Below are positions 50,280 through 60,894 of a stretch of 64,000 bases of DNA, piece after piece. The notes below the pieces were generated by a model that saw nothing but the letters and a program-made list of their open reading frames with translations, ran no database searches and had not been told where the DNA came from. A program made the position numbers and the translations under genes. The stretch's first letter is position 1. Every line of letters begins with the position of its first letter. The DNA comes from an uncultured virus (IMG/VR IMGVR_UViG_3300002219_000133) (taxonomy: Duplodnaviria; Heunggongvirae; Uroviricota; Caudoviricetes), in the IMG/VR virus record IMGVR_UViG_3300002219_000133; one strand, 5' to 3'.

Positions 50280-51734
50280 TTAGAAGCTATAAATTAGTTC
50301 TTTATTCTTATCACAATATTCTTCTTTTAATGGAACCATGTATTGTCTATTTACGGCACAATATCTCAAGATTATTTTATAATGCTGATCAACAATGATT
50401 AATAAACAATTGTATGGATCATTTCTTAAAATATACTTTGGCTTGAGATTTAGCATATATGTTCCACCACGCAAATATTCAAGTAATGGCTTTAAAATGC
50501 TTTGCATAATTTCTCACTTTATAAACAATTGTATAATGCGCAAAATATAACTTAGTGTTGTATCCAGAGCAAGACCAGCTAATACACACAACACTAATAA
50601 AATTGTAGGATCATCCACTATTTTATTGCACAATGTTATCAAAGGACTCGGCTCTTTATTCATATTGTTATTCCTTGTAATTTCAATTTTTTAAATATAT
50701 AATCTCGAGCAACTTTACAGTCTTCAATTGATTCAAATAATATCTCTATGGATTCTTTGTCATTCAAGTATTCAATATGAATTTCAGTATCATAAACAAA
50801 AATCGCTTTTATATTGTTAATACTAAAAACAATCAATGTATTAAATTTGTCGGTAAGCATTATCATTTGTATTATCCTTTAAAAATCAATGCATTTTTGG
50901 AGAATGCTATCAATTTTATCTTCAATTGATAGACTCAATTTACATTCAAATCGAATTGTTTTTAAACATTGTATTGCTTCAGTTAGAGCTGACATATCCA
51001 CTGGTTCTTCTGATACTCTATCAGCTCGTTGCATTACTGTATTATACACATAAATATTTCCATATTCATCAACTGAACTGATGGGTCTTTTACATTCTTT
51101 ACAATAGCTGAACCGATTCATTTAATACTACTCCTCATTATTTCAATTATTTGTTCAACTTCATTGCAAAAACAATTTTTATTGCAATCTAACATATTTT
51201 CAAAATTGTGATTGTCAAATTTAATTATCAATTCAGATAATAAGTTTTTATATTCCATCATCTGAGAATAATTACATTCTTGCTCAGTGTGTTTTGCATA
51301 ACATATATATTCTTGAATCTTCTGATTAGCCTTATTTAATTCTTCAGTAAGAAACGATATTCTTTTTAATAGAGCGCATTTTGTCGTATTCATATTAATT
51401 CATCCTCATCAAAAAGAAAATCATCTAAATCTAATTCTAATCCGCGAACATTTTCAAGAGTAATTCCTTCAGATCCATCAACTGGATGAAATCCTTCTAC
51501 ATATTTCATTTCTTCAATTACGCCATATTTATTCAAACCTTCAGTAATTGCTAAACTTAAACATTTTGTTGCATGCCGTTTAATAGCATGTTCTAATGGA
51601 TCTTCTTCCATGTTTCTTTTAATAAACCAATCTAAATGTTCTATAGCTTTTTCTTTTGTAAATTTCTCCGTATCAATTCTAAGCTCTACTTCCATATCAA
51701 ACGTATCTTCGCACCATTTATACATTTTAATCAT
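50280..51734 (-). other. Cluster of small hypothetical genes
   Basis: Coupled ORFs 50280-50507, 50660-50866, 50879-51121, 51118-51393, 51390-51734. Confidence 0.5.
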
Positions 51735-51774
51735 AAATTCTCCTTTTCATAAATTATAAGTCAAAAATAAAATT

Positions 51775-52761
51775 TTATATAAGTCGTATTAAAGATTCAG
51801 CTTCAAATCCTTTATAAATGTTATTATCAATAGTTGTTTTAATATTCTCAACAGAGTATCCATTTTCGACCATTTTATTGATATCTTTACCCCACGTATA
51901 AACTGACTTTGGCCACAATGCAATTTTAAAACCTTTTTTAGCAATATTCAGCATTCGTTGTTTTATTTCTTTGTTACGTCTTTCATTATCGTACACGAAT
52001 ACGAAGTTGTCTTTATTTGAAATTTGAAGCAATTGATCAACGTCCACGCTAGATGAATTCATAGATATTGCATTTGGCAAAAATAATGAATCAATATAAC
52101 CTTCTGTGACATATATCATTTCATTTTTATTGACGCGTTCTAATCCAGAAACATTCAATTCATTCTCGTTGAATAAAATTGTAATATATCGAAGCTTAGC
52201 AAATTTATCTATGCTTCTTCCTTGTGCTCCAACAATTTTCTTGTGAATGTTATAAATAGGAAGCACAATACGAGCATCTTGATGCGGCGTACTGATGAAC
52301 TTACCGGGCATCTTATTGTTTATCCATAGCTGATAATTGAATGCAAAATAGATGTGTTTCCAGTGATTTAAAGGTATCTTTCTATTTTCGATATATTTTC
52401 TAGCAAAATGTTCTTTGTCTAATGAAAAAATTGACGGCAAATCATCTATATATTCAAATTCAATTTTTGGCAATTCATTTGCATGATCTTCAATGTGTTT
52501 ATCGTGTTTATCGAATATCTCATTCTTAATATATTCGGAATATAAATGAGGATAATGATCTTTTAGAAAAGATTTGAATGGTTTTGCATATCCACAATTA
52601 TAGCAGTTATACCAAAATTCACCTTTATATGTATAGATCCAACCACGTTTTTTTCTAAGATTAGTTTGAGAATCTTTACAAATCGGACAACGAAAATTAA
52701 ACTTACCAGATTTCTTGGTAAGTTTGTTTAAGCCAATTTGATATATTATTGATTCATTCAT
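51775..52761 (-). CDS. gp61: DNA primase
   Basis: FRCPICKDS...KKRGW...CYNCG zinc finger, QGR, LRYITI, TOPRIM VTEGYIDSLF, DNE, KDIN. Confidence 0.93.
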   Translation of the reverse strand: MNESIIYQIGLNKLTKKSGKFNFRCPICKDSQTNLRKKRGWIYTYKGEFWYNCYNCGYAKPFKSFLKDHYPHLYSEYIKNEIFDKHDKHIEDHANELPKIEFEYIDDLPSIFSLDKEHFARKYIENRKIPLNHWKHIYFAFNYQLWINNKMPGKFISTPHQDARIVLPIYNIHKKIVGAQGRSIDKFAKLRYITILFNENELNVSGLERVNKNEMIYVTEGYIDSLFLPNAISMNSSSVDVDQLLQISNKDNFVFVYDNERRNKEIKQRMLNIAKKGFKIALWPKSVYTWGKDINKMVENGYSVENIKTTIDNNIYKGFEAESLIRLI

Positions 52762-53716
52762 ATACTAACATATAATCATCTTCAGTTATTTCAATTGTTG
52801 TAGCTTCATGACGTTCTAACATTCTTTCGAGTTTTTCCAATCGTTTAATATCTTTAAATAATTGTATAAGATCATTCGGAATCAATATTTTAATATTTGA
52901 TAATGATGATATTCCATGATTCTTAATCAAAGAACTTATATTTATAATTTCTTGTTCGTATAAGTCATTATTATCAAACCAATTTTCAACATCTTTTGTT
53001 GTGACATCTAAGATTTTAGTTTTGAATAAACGATAATATAATGTTTTTGAAATTTTTTCATTATATGTGTTTACTAATTGCGCTAATTGTTGAAACATTC
53101 GTTCCTTTTTAAAATCATATACCGATTGTTTTAGATCATGTTTCTGTTTAATATATATGCTAAATAAACTAGTTTTAACCACGATATTCATATTCATCTC
53201 CAATTGTTTATAATAATACCATCATACATCTTTGCATAGTGCTTAGCAGTCTTATAATCCATAGAATGAGATTTCATTCCATCCTTATACTTAACATAAA
53301 ACTTTCCAGATTGAATTTGTTCTGGAAGAGACAATTTTTCGAATCTATATAGATAACTTTTAATAACATTTAGCAATTTAGATATCATTGTCTTTCGTGT
53401 TCTACAATTTTGATATTATCACAATCATTCCACTCTTTTTTCATATCTAACACCTCACCAACTCTAACTATTCTCGCTTTACAAGCAACATCTTCCCATT
53501 CCATATCATTCTTTGCCCAATCTTCAATTAAACCAGCATCATTATTAAATTCTTTTGTTATTTCTTCAATAACGTTGCCAAATTCTATAATCATAGATTT
53601 GGACGCGTCGTCTTCAAACCAATGATTATCAAAAGCATATTTTGCTTTATTGAATATAATTTCATATAATGGAACTTCATATACATCGCCATTAGAACAA
53701 GTAAACTGATAGAATT

Positions 53717-54298
53717 TCATATATTCACCTTTTTAAATCTTCGCATTGTAAAATCCATTGCTTCTTCGTGTGTCTTTAATTGAAAAGAACATTGTTTGGC
53801 TCTGATCTCATCCATAATTTTGCCAATGATTTTACCAGATTTAAACCCAATAGAAATCAAGTCTTTGCCACTCAACAACTTTGGAAGAGGTTCATTAAGA
53901 ACGCCAAGATCATGAATTCTTTTATATAAATTGATGTGACTAATCAAAGTGTCTTCGCGAGATAATAAACCAATTCGTCCAATTTCATCGCGCAATTTAA
54001 GACTTAGAATTTCATTCCAACATATATCATGTTTAATAAATTCATCAGCTCTTTTTACGATAGATTTATTAGAAATAGATTCGTTGAGCATGTGCTGCTG
54101 TATCATCATTAATATTGGCTTAATTAATTTCTTGGGAATAAGATTAGTTAAGCAATCTTCGGCTATTATTGAGCCAATATTTTCATGATCTATAGCTTGA
54201 ATATCCTGTTTCTGTTCATTAAATTTAGTTGTTTGGGGCTTGCCAACATCATGATACAGCGCTGCAAAAAATAATTTAATTTTTTGATCTTTATTCAT
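53717..54298 (-). CDS. cca: CCA-adding enzyme, C-terminal part (HD domain remainder + tail)
   Basis: AALYHDVGKP, DHENIG, QHM, D..GR, LLSGKDLISIGFKSGKIIGKIM...EEA (CCA tail). Confidence 0.85.
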   Translation of the reverse strand: MNKDQKIKLFFAALYHDVGKPQTTKFNEQKQDIQAIDHENIGSIIAEDCLTNLIPKKLIKPILMMIQQHMLNESISNKSIVKRADEFIKHDICWNEILSLKLRDEIGRIGLLSREDTLISHINLYKRIHDLGVLNEPLPKLLSGKDLISIGFKSGKIIGKIMDEIRAKQCSFQLKTHEEAMDFTMRRFKKVNI

Positions 54299-54929
54299 TT
54301 CCTAATTTCCTTATTTGATCAATTGATTTGATTATTATTCCGTATTCTTCAATCTCTTCATCACTATAATTTTCTGCTTTTGCAATTTTTTTATAGTTTT
54401 TAAGCCACTGGTTGATAGTATATGACTTACAACCGATGTTGAGATAATCCCCATCTAATGTGATGCAATGTTGTGATAATTGAAATGTTTTGACCTGTTT
54501 CGTGTGCTTTCCGTTCACTATATTAGCAGATCCAGAAACTATAGCAAATACATAAACTTCAGCGTTTCCATAAACTTTAGCAGATCCAGAAACGATAGCA
54601 TTTCCAGAAACGATAGCATTTCCAGAAACGATAGCATTTCCATAAACTTCAGCATCTCCATAAACTTTAGCATTACCAGAAACTTCAGCATTACCAAAAA
54701 CTCTAGCATTTCCAGAAACGATAGCATTTCCAGAAACGATAGCATTTCCAGAAACGATAGCATTTCCAAAAACTTTAGCTTCATCGTAAACAAAACATTC
54801 GCCATCATGACTCAGATTGTTTTCAGTTTCAATCCAACCACCGATCAGACCGTCTGATAGACGTCTGATTCGATGCATTGTGTGTCCATAAAATTCTTTC
54901 GTTTCACCAGTAAATTCGTATTTTTTCAT
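54291..54929 (-). CDS. Left-handed beta-helix (hexapeptide repeat) protein, copy 2
   Basis: MKKYEFTGE...GGWIETENNLSHDGECFVYDEA, GNAIVS repeats; near-identical C-terminus to 34023..34709. Confidence 0.82.
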   Translation of the reverse strand: MKKYEFTGETKEFYGHTMHRIRRLSDGLIGGWIETENNLSHDGECFVYDEAKVFGNAIVSGNAIVSGNAIVSGNARVFGNAEVSGNAKVYGDAEVYGNAIVSGNAIVSGNAIVSGSAKVYGNAEVYVFAIVSGSANIVNGKHTKQVKTFQLSQHCITLDGDYLNIGCKSYTINQWLKNYKKIAKAENYSDEEIEEYGIIIKSIDQIRKLGNE

Positions 54930-55189
54930 TTTCAAATCTCCTTTATAATCCAAGCATTTCTGTATATTCTTCATCTGAAAATAAATGCTGATATTGATAC
55001 GAATTCAATTCCATATTTTTCAAATCAGCATTTACTTTTTGTAACTCATTAACAGCATACAACAAATTAATTGTAACAACAACTGATAATAACAATAAAA
55101 TCCATTCTTTCATTTTCAAATCTCCTTATTTATTTTCATTATAATATATATATCGGCATTTGTATACAAAAAGTTTAATGTTTTAAAAT

Positions 55190-55229
55190 AAAAGTGGTCT
55201 ACAGACATAAACATCTGTAGACCACTTTT
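55190..55229 (-). terminator. Terminator after rnh
   Basis: AAAGTGGTCTACAGA ... TCTGTAGACCACTTT, 15-bp arms. Confidence 0.7.
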
Positions 55230-55239
55230 ATAAATAATA

Positions 55240-56133
55240 TTAAATAAAATTATTGGCTTTAGTGACCAACCCGTTTAAACCAATTTGTCTAAAATAATTT
55301 CCAATTACTATAGCATTTTTTCGTTTAAAGTCTTTACTAACTCTTTCATATTCTTCACCTATTCCATTCCATATACGAGCCGGAATAAATTGTTCTGTTA
55401 ACATGATAAGCTTTTGATTTCTTTCATAGTTCTTTCTAAAAATAGCATCCTCTATCATCATTTCTTCAATACCATTCGAAAGAAATTCTGTTATCTTTTT
55501 ATCACCGCAAGCTTTTTGGCGCTTATTTTCATTAACAAATGTGTCATCATCAGAAAGCACATTTGGAATGCCATCAGAACTATCACCTTTCAATATCATC
55601 TTTTGAATAAACAAATCACGATTTTCGCAACTAATGATCTTTTGTTCGAGATGTGAATATAGACAAACCTTATTACTTGTTAATTGCTGAAAGTCTTTAT
55701 CCCCGCTAACAATATACACTTTGCTAATCATATTATCTTTTTCAAATTTGTGCGCCAAATAGCCAATAACATCATCAGCCTCAGCATCTTTTACTTGAAT
55801 AACTTTATAATTCAAATTTACAATATCTTTTTTCAAAGCGTCAATACATTTAAAAATCAAATTGTATTTAAGCGGATCATCAGCTCGTTTCATATCGCGC
55901 TGAGCTTTATAAAATTTAAATTCTTGTTTACGCCAAGATTTATCATCAATGGCTAGAATAACTTCATTAACTTTTAAACTAGAAACAACATCGCCCAATT
56001 TATTTAAGACACTATGTTTGAAGAATGTAATCTTATCTTCTTCCGTTTCAAGCTGATCATCTTTTTCAACATTTCCATAGAATTGCGCAAAACAAATAGG
56101 TGAAAAGTCAATAATGGCAACATGCAAATTCAT
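55240..56133 (-). CDS. rnh: T4 RNase H-like 5'-3' flap exonuclease
   Basis: IIDFS, SWRK...YKAQR, AEADD, SGDKDFQQL, KGDSSDGIPN. Confidence 0.92.
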   Translation of the reverse strand: MNLHVAIIDFSPICFAQFYGNVEKDDQLETEEDKITFFKHSVLNKLGDVVSSLKVNEVILAIDDKSWRKQEFKFYKAQRDMKRADDPLKYNLIFKCIDALKKDIVNLNYKVIQVKDAEADDVIGYLAHKFEKDNMISKVYIVSGDKDFQQLTSNKVCLYSHLEQKIISCENRDLFIQKMILKGDSSDGIPNVLSDDDTFVNENKRQKACGDKKITEFLSNGIEEMMIEDAIFRKNYERNQKLIMLTEQFIPARIWNGIGEEYERVSKDFKRKNAIVIGNYFRQIGLNGLVTKANNFI

Positions 56134-56869
56134 TAATTACTTCCTTTATATATGGAGATCTAATCTCTGGGCTTCATCCTGATCGAGTTGGATAGTAGTA
56201 GATTCGGATTTTTCAATAATCCTAGATTCTGTTTTTATTGTCTTATATCTTTTATAGTATTTTATAATATCAGACATGTCGTATACAAATCGTTTATCAT
56301 CACACCGAAAATATGTTTCATACCAATTATTAACAATACTATAATTCTGATTTTGTGATAGTTTTTTATTAGTGTATAATCTTTCTTTTAATTCTTTTTC
56401 TAATGCTCTAATCCAACTTATATCTCTTTCTGGAACAACAATCTTAAATAGCCAATTATACAATTTTTGATACGTGCTGATATATGGCTTATAATTTAAT
56501 AATTCTTTAATAAAATCATTAACCTCATTTATATATGAATCGACGCATTCATTCATAAGTTTATCATATTGACGTAATACCATTGGAACTTTAAATGTAA
56601 TTAATTGCATATATCACCTATATTCTGGATAATCGAAGCCAACAAATTCATAGCCTGGCATTATTGTCAAAACATTTATATGTTCGTTTAATAAAATTTC
56701 ACTTAGCCAAAACGTTCGCTGTAATAATCCTCCTTCTGAATTTTTATAATGACATACTATTTGCAAATCTTTTTTGAACATATTAACATCTTCTTTAACA
56801 TGTTTTTTTATTAGTTTAATTAATTTTATAACAATATTTGTTCCACTACTCCAACTCATTTTTATCTCC

Positions 56870-58849
56870 TTAAAAATAATTATTCAAATCATTACTCTCA
56901 ACTTGTTCGATCTTATCATCTTTTACATCAAAAGTAACTGAAATTTTTTCAAACAACCAAAATTCATCGACAATAGGAATATTCAAATCTAAAGCTTTTT
57001 TCTTTTTGTTTGAATTGAATGATGAATCTTCTTTTGAACCAATTATCAAACAATCTGTTTTTTTACTTACTGATCCACTACATTCACCTCCATTTCTTTT
57101 GACCATCAACTCTAATTCATCTCTGGATTTTGTGGCAGCGCCAGTTATAACGAACTTCATTCCGGATAATACTGTTGATTGCGCCGTCTCTTTCTTAACA
57201 ATAAATAATTCATCTATTTGATGCAATAATGCCTGATTTTTGTTGATGAATTCCATAATATTTTCTGCAACAACATCGCCAATATTCTCAATACTTCTGA
57301 GCATATTAAAATCGCAAGACATGAAATCGGAAATTGTTTTAAATTGGTTACCAAGTTTTTCACTGGTTGTTTCTCCTACATCTGGTATTCCTAGACTTGC
57401 AATGATTAGTTTAATGGGCTGAACCAAAGCTTTTTGAATGTTATTGTAAATTTTAGAAGCATTTGTTTTTCCCATTTTATCCATGTGCAGCAATTGTTCA
57501 TATGTTAGTTTAAAAATATCAATCGGTCTAGAGATCAATTTATTATCAATTAGTTTTGCAATAATTCCCTCACCAACATTATCAATTTTAAGAGTTTTAA
57601 CAAAGTGCTCAACTCTTGCTGCTAATTTACCAATACAATTTTCATTTGTACAAATCAAATATTCAGCTTCAATCTTTTTTATTTGAGTTTGATGATGACA
57701 TATTGGACATGTTGTTGGAATTTCAACATTTTGAACTGTTTTATTTTCAACAACTTTGTTGATATAAGGAATAATATAACCAGCCTTCTCTATTTCTACG
57801 AAGCATCCAGGCACTACTCCAAGTCTACGCAATTGAGTTATATTATGAATGGTTGCTCGTGATATTGTAGAGCCTTCTAAATCAACAGATTCTAATTCAG
57901 CAACAGGTGTAATTCTATCTCGTCCGCATTGCCATGTTATTGATTTAACTTTTGTGATTGCTTTTTCCTGTTTAAATTTGAAAGCTTTTGCCCAAACCGG
58001 GCAATCACTTGTATATCCAAGAAGTTCGCGGTCTTTCATAGAAGCTAATTTTATAACTGCTCCATCAACCATATATGGTCTATTTTTATATGTTTTGCTT
58101 TTCTGATATTCATCAATTGTTTCAACAACTTTGGCGAAATTGTATTTTTCGTTGTTTAAGCTTATTCGTTTACCAGTAGCATCAAAAATTTCAAACAGCA
58201 TGAATTGAACATATCTGTTTCTAACAACCGTAGAATCTAAACTTTTAATAGTTCCTGAAACAAGATTTCTTGGATTCTTGAATGCATTATTTTCTTGTTT
58301 GCATACTTTATTGAATGATTCTTTGAAAATAATAAATTCGCCACGAATTTCGCCAGTAAAATCATTTCCAATAACTTTTAATATATCATTATAATTCCAG
58401 ATCATTTTTGCATTTTCGGTAATATCATCTCCAATGCGTCCATCACCACGAGTAGCAGCGCGTTGAATAATACCATTAGCAATGTGAATAGATCCCGAGC
58501 ACCCATCGTATTTATCTTCTATAACCATTTCAATTTGATCTAGAGGACGATTTAATTTTTTAGAAATTGAATCTGCCCACTTAGTGAGTTCTTCAATTGA
58601 ATAAACATTTTCAATTGATCCCATGACTCTATCATGTTTTACTTTTTTGAATCCATCTACTAAGACCGAGCCAATCTTGTTTAACGGAGAATTTGATGTT
58701 ACAAATTCAGGATATTGTTTTGAGAGTATCTCAAGCTCTTTCTTTGTCTTATCGAATATCTCATCCGATACAATTGGATTATCAAGAACTCGATATGCGT
58801 ATTCATATTCATTGACGAGATTTTCAAGTCGAATTATTTCTTGATTCAT
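56870..58849 (-). CDS. ligA: NAD+-dependent DNA ligase with BRCT domain
   Basis: Y...DNPIVSDEIFD, KYDG, TRGDGRIGDDIT, EIRGE, NPRN, DGAVIK, AFKF, CPIC...C zinc finger, HhH, BRCT (FVITG...SVSKKTD). Confidence 0.94.
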   Translation of the reverse strand: MNQEIIRLENLVNEYEYAYRVLDNPIVSDEIFDKTKKELEILSKQYPEFVTSNSPLNKIGSVLVDGFKKVKHDRVMGSIENVYSIEELTKWADSISKKLNRPLDQIEMVIEDKYDGCSGSIHIANGIIQRAATRGDGRIGDDITENAKMIWNYNDILKVIGNDFTGEIRGEFIIFKESFNKVCKQENNAFKNPRNLVSGTIKSLDSTVVRNRYVQFMLFEIFDATGKRISLNNEKYNFAKVVETIDEYQKSKTYKNRPYMVDGAVIKLASMKDRELLGYTSDCPVWAKAFKFKQEKAITKVKSITWQCGRDRITPVAELESVDLEGSTISRATIHNITQLRRLGVVPGCFVEIEKAGYIIPYINKVVENKTVQNVEIPTTCPICHHQTQIKKIEAEYLICTNENCIGKLAARVEHFVKTLKIDNVGEGIIAKLIDNKLISRPIDIFKLTYEQLLHMDKMGKTNASKIYNNIQKALVQPIKLIIASLGIPDVGETTSEKLGNQFKTISDFMSCDFNMLRSIENIGDVVAENIMEFINKNQALLHQIDELFIVKKETAQSTVLSGMKFVITGAATKSRDELELMVKRNGGECSGSVSKKTDCLIIGSKEDSSFNSNKKKKALDLNIPIVDEFWLFEKISVTFDVKDDKIEQVESNDLNNYF

Positions 58850-59496
58850 TTTAATATTTCTCCTTTATTTATTTTATTACATTTTTGAATTATTTTCGAA
58901 ATTCTTAATTCGTGATCTTCTCTTACTTTTTGAAATTCTTCATACTCGACATCTATTTGATTATAAAGAGCATCTAGATATTTTTTTCTAAGAATTTCAA
59001 TATTTTCAACGCTATTATCCATTGTATACATAAATGGATATAGTCTGCGATCAAGTTCATATAAGCATTCATTTAAGTCAGACTTCTTAAATGAAAAATA
59101 TCTATCATTGTAATATCGTGTTGGCGTTTCATCAACATCGAAACGAAATATACTAACATTTCCATCATCTCTAAAGTGAACTTCAAACATAATCAATCTC
59201 CTTTATTGAATTATAATATAAATTTGTAAAAATTAATTAGTCTAGGTCGAATTTAAATCCTGGAAGTTCACCAGTTCCTCGTCCATCAAAAGCTGGATCA
59301 TGATGAATAACTGGATTTGCATCTAATTCTTTTTTAGCTTCAGACCACTTAGACGTTATTCTACTTCCACTAGAAGAAAATGGATCAAAACTTGGATCTT
59401 TCATTTCTTCTTCTGCCCATCTCATAATGTTTTCCAATTCTTTTCTTCGATATTCGTTCATTTCAAATCTCCTTTAATCTTTTTTTAATATGTTTA

Positions 59497-59558
59497 TATC
59501 TTATAACATTTTTCACAATATGTAAACAAAAAAAAAATACCAACTTTTGGTTGGTATT
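59497..59558 (-). promoter_or_regulatory. Terminator plus early-type promoter on the minus strand
   Basis: Read on -: AATACCAAC/GTTGGTATT hairpin and T run, then GTTTACA-17 bp-TAAGAT; AAGGAG RBS for 59237..59461. Confidence 0.7.
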
Positions 59559-59583
59559 AAAATAATCTGTTTCACCAGGAGTG

Positions 59584-60285
59584 CTAATCCCATAAGTGCT
59601 CAAAATACTTATAAAAATAATACTTTCCTTTTTTATATGCTTGTTTCTTCATCAAAGCTATATTATTCTTTGTATACAAAAATGAATCATTATCAGATGC
59701 TTTAAGCTTAAAGAATACTAACATATATCTGAGTTTTATTTTCCAATCATCAAAAGTCAAAGATCCTGGATATGAGTGAATTGAATCAATGAATGCTTTT
59801 AATCTTGGAATAATAAAACTAGATATTGTAGCATCCAAATTCCATATTTCTTCATAGCTAAAATGGTTACGTTGTAAAAACAATAACTTATTATGATTAA
59901 CCGATTGACAACAATCTGATGTTTTGATACAATATTCATTATATTTAAGTTGACATTCTGTAACATTATCAACAGAAGAAAACTTTTCACATGTTTCACA
60001 TTTATTGCAAATATCGCAATTTTCATTTATATCGAAAACATTATTATATGATGGAAACAAAATTTTACTTGGAATAAATTTAATTGGATCAGAATCTTTA
60101 AATTCTGAAGTAATGACTTGAACAACTTTAACTGGTTCAGAATATACTTCATAATATTCTCCATCATTATCCAAAACAGAACATTTGAAGCATAAATAAT
60201 TCTGATAAGATTGATTAAGTAAAGGTGCTTGTTCTGTGTGTCCACAAATTGGGCATATATAATCAATAAAAATTTTATGATTCAT
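59584..60285 (-). CDS. Cys-rich hypothetical protein
   Basis: Several CxxC pairs; C-terminal WNLDAT...PRLKAF...YP...W domain. Confidence 0.55.
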   Translation of the reverse strand: MNHKIFIDYICPICGHTEQAPLLNQSYQNYLCFKCSVLDNDGEYYEVYSEPVKVVQVITSEFKDSDPIKFIPSKILFPSYNNVFDINENCDICNKCETCEKFSSVDNVTECQLKYNEYCIKTSDCCQSVNHNKLLFLQRNHFSYEEIWNLDATISSFIIPRLKAFIDSIHSYPGSLTFDDWKIKLRYMLVFFKLKASDNDSFLYTKNNIALMKKQAYKKGKYYFYKYFEHLWD

Positions 60286-60826
60286 GATTTACCAAACTTT
60301 CGATGTATTTTCCATCAATATATTTTATTATAAACCACAACTTGCCTTTATTAATTTTTTCTGATATCATATATCCCAAATGATAAAGATCATGATTCGG
60401 TAAAAATAATATGTGCCAATTGCTAAATCCATACACAACACCATTTTTTTGAGCTATGCAAACCGCATGTCCGGAACATTTTGAATTCATAACTGTTACA
60501 ATATAAACATTTGAATAGCCAAGTTTTGGTAATAACAATTCGCAAAAACTTGCAAAATCATCACAATCGCCAACTCTATCTTTTAGAAACATCAAAGGAT
60601 GCTTGCTATAATCAATTAAATCTGACCGATATGTAAAATAATTTCTAATCCAATGTTGCAACTCTACTGGTGTTTTTTCAAACAATCGTTGATCATCAAT
60701 CAAATTTTCAAGATCCTCATCAGTTGAAACTCTATCCAATAAACAAAAGAATGCATACAAAAACATTGAATATATTGAGGACAATAAACTAATAAATCGA
60801 ACAGTGTAGATTAACATCTTATCCAT
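60275..60826 (-). CDS. Transglutaminase-like cysteine protease with N-terminal hydrophobic segment
   Basis: GDCDDFA catalytic Cys, GHAVC His. Confidence 0.72.
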   Translation of the reverse strand: MDKMLIYTVRFISLLSSIYSMFLYAFFCLLDRVSTDEDLENLIDDQRLFEKTPVELQHWIRNYFTYRSDLIDYSKHPLMFLKDRVGDCDDFASFCELLLPKLGYSNVYIVTVMNSKCSGHAVCIAQKNGVVYGFSNWHILFLPNHDLYHLGYMISEKINKGKLWFIIKYIDGKYIESLVNHES

Positions 60827-60847
60827 GATCTCAACTCCTAATATAAA

Positions 60848-60881
60848 AAGAAGAGCTTAGATATTATCTAAGCTCTTCTTT
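60848..60881 (-). terminator. Intrinsic terminator
   Basis: AAGAAGAGCTTAGAT-ATT-ATCTAAGCTCTTCTT stem. Confidence 0.75.
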
Positions 60882-60894
60882 AAATCAAATTTAT

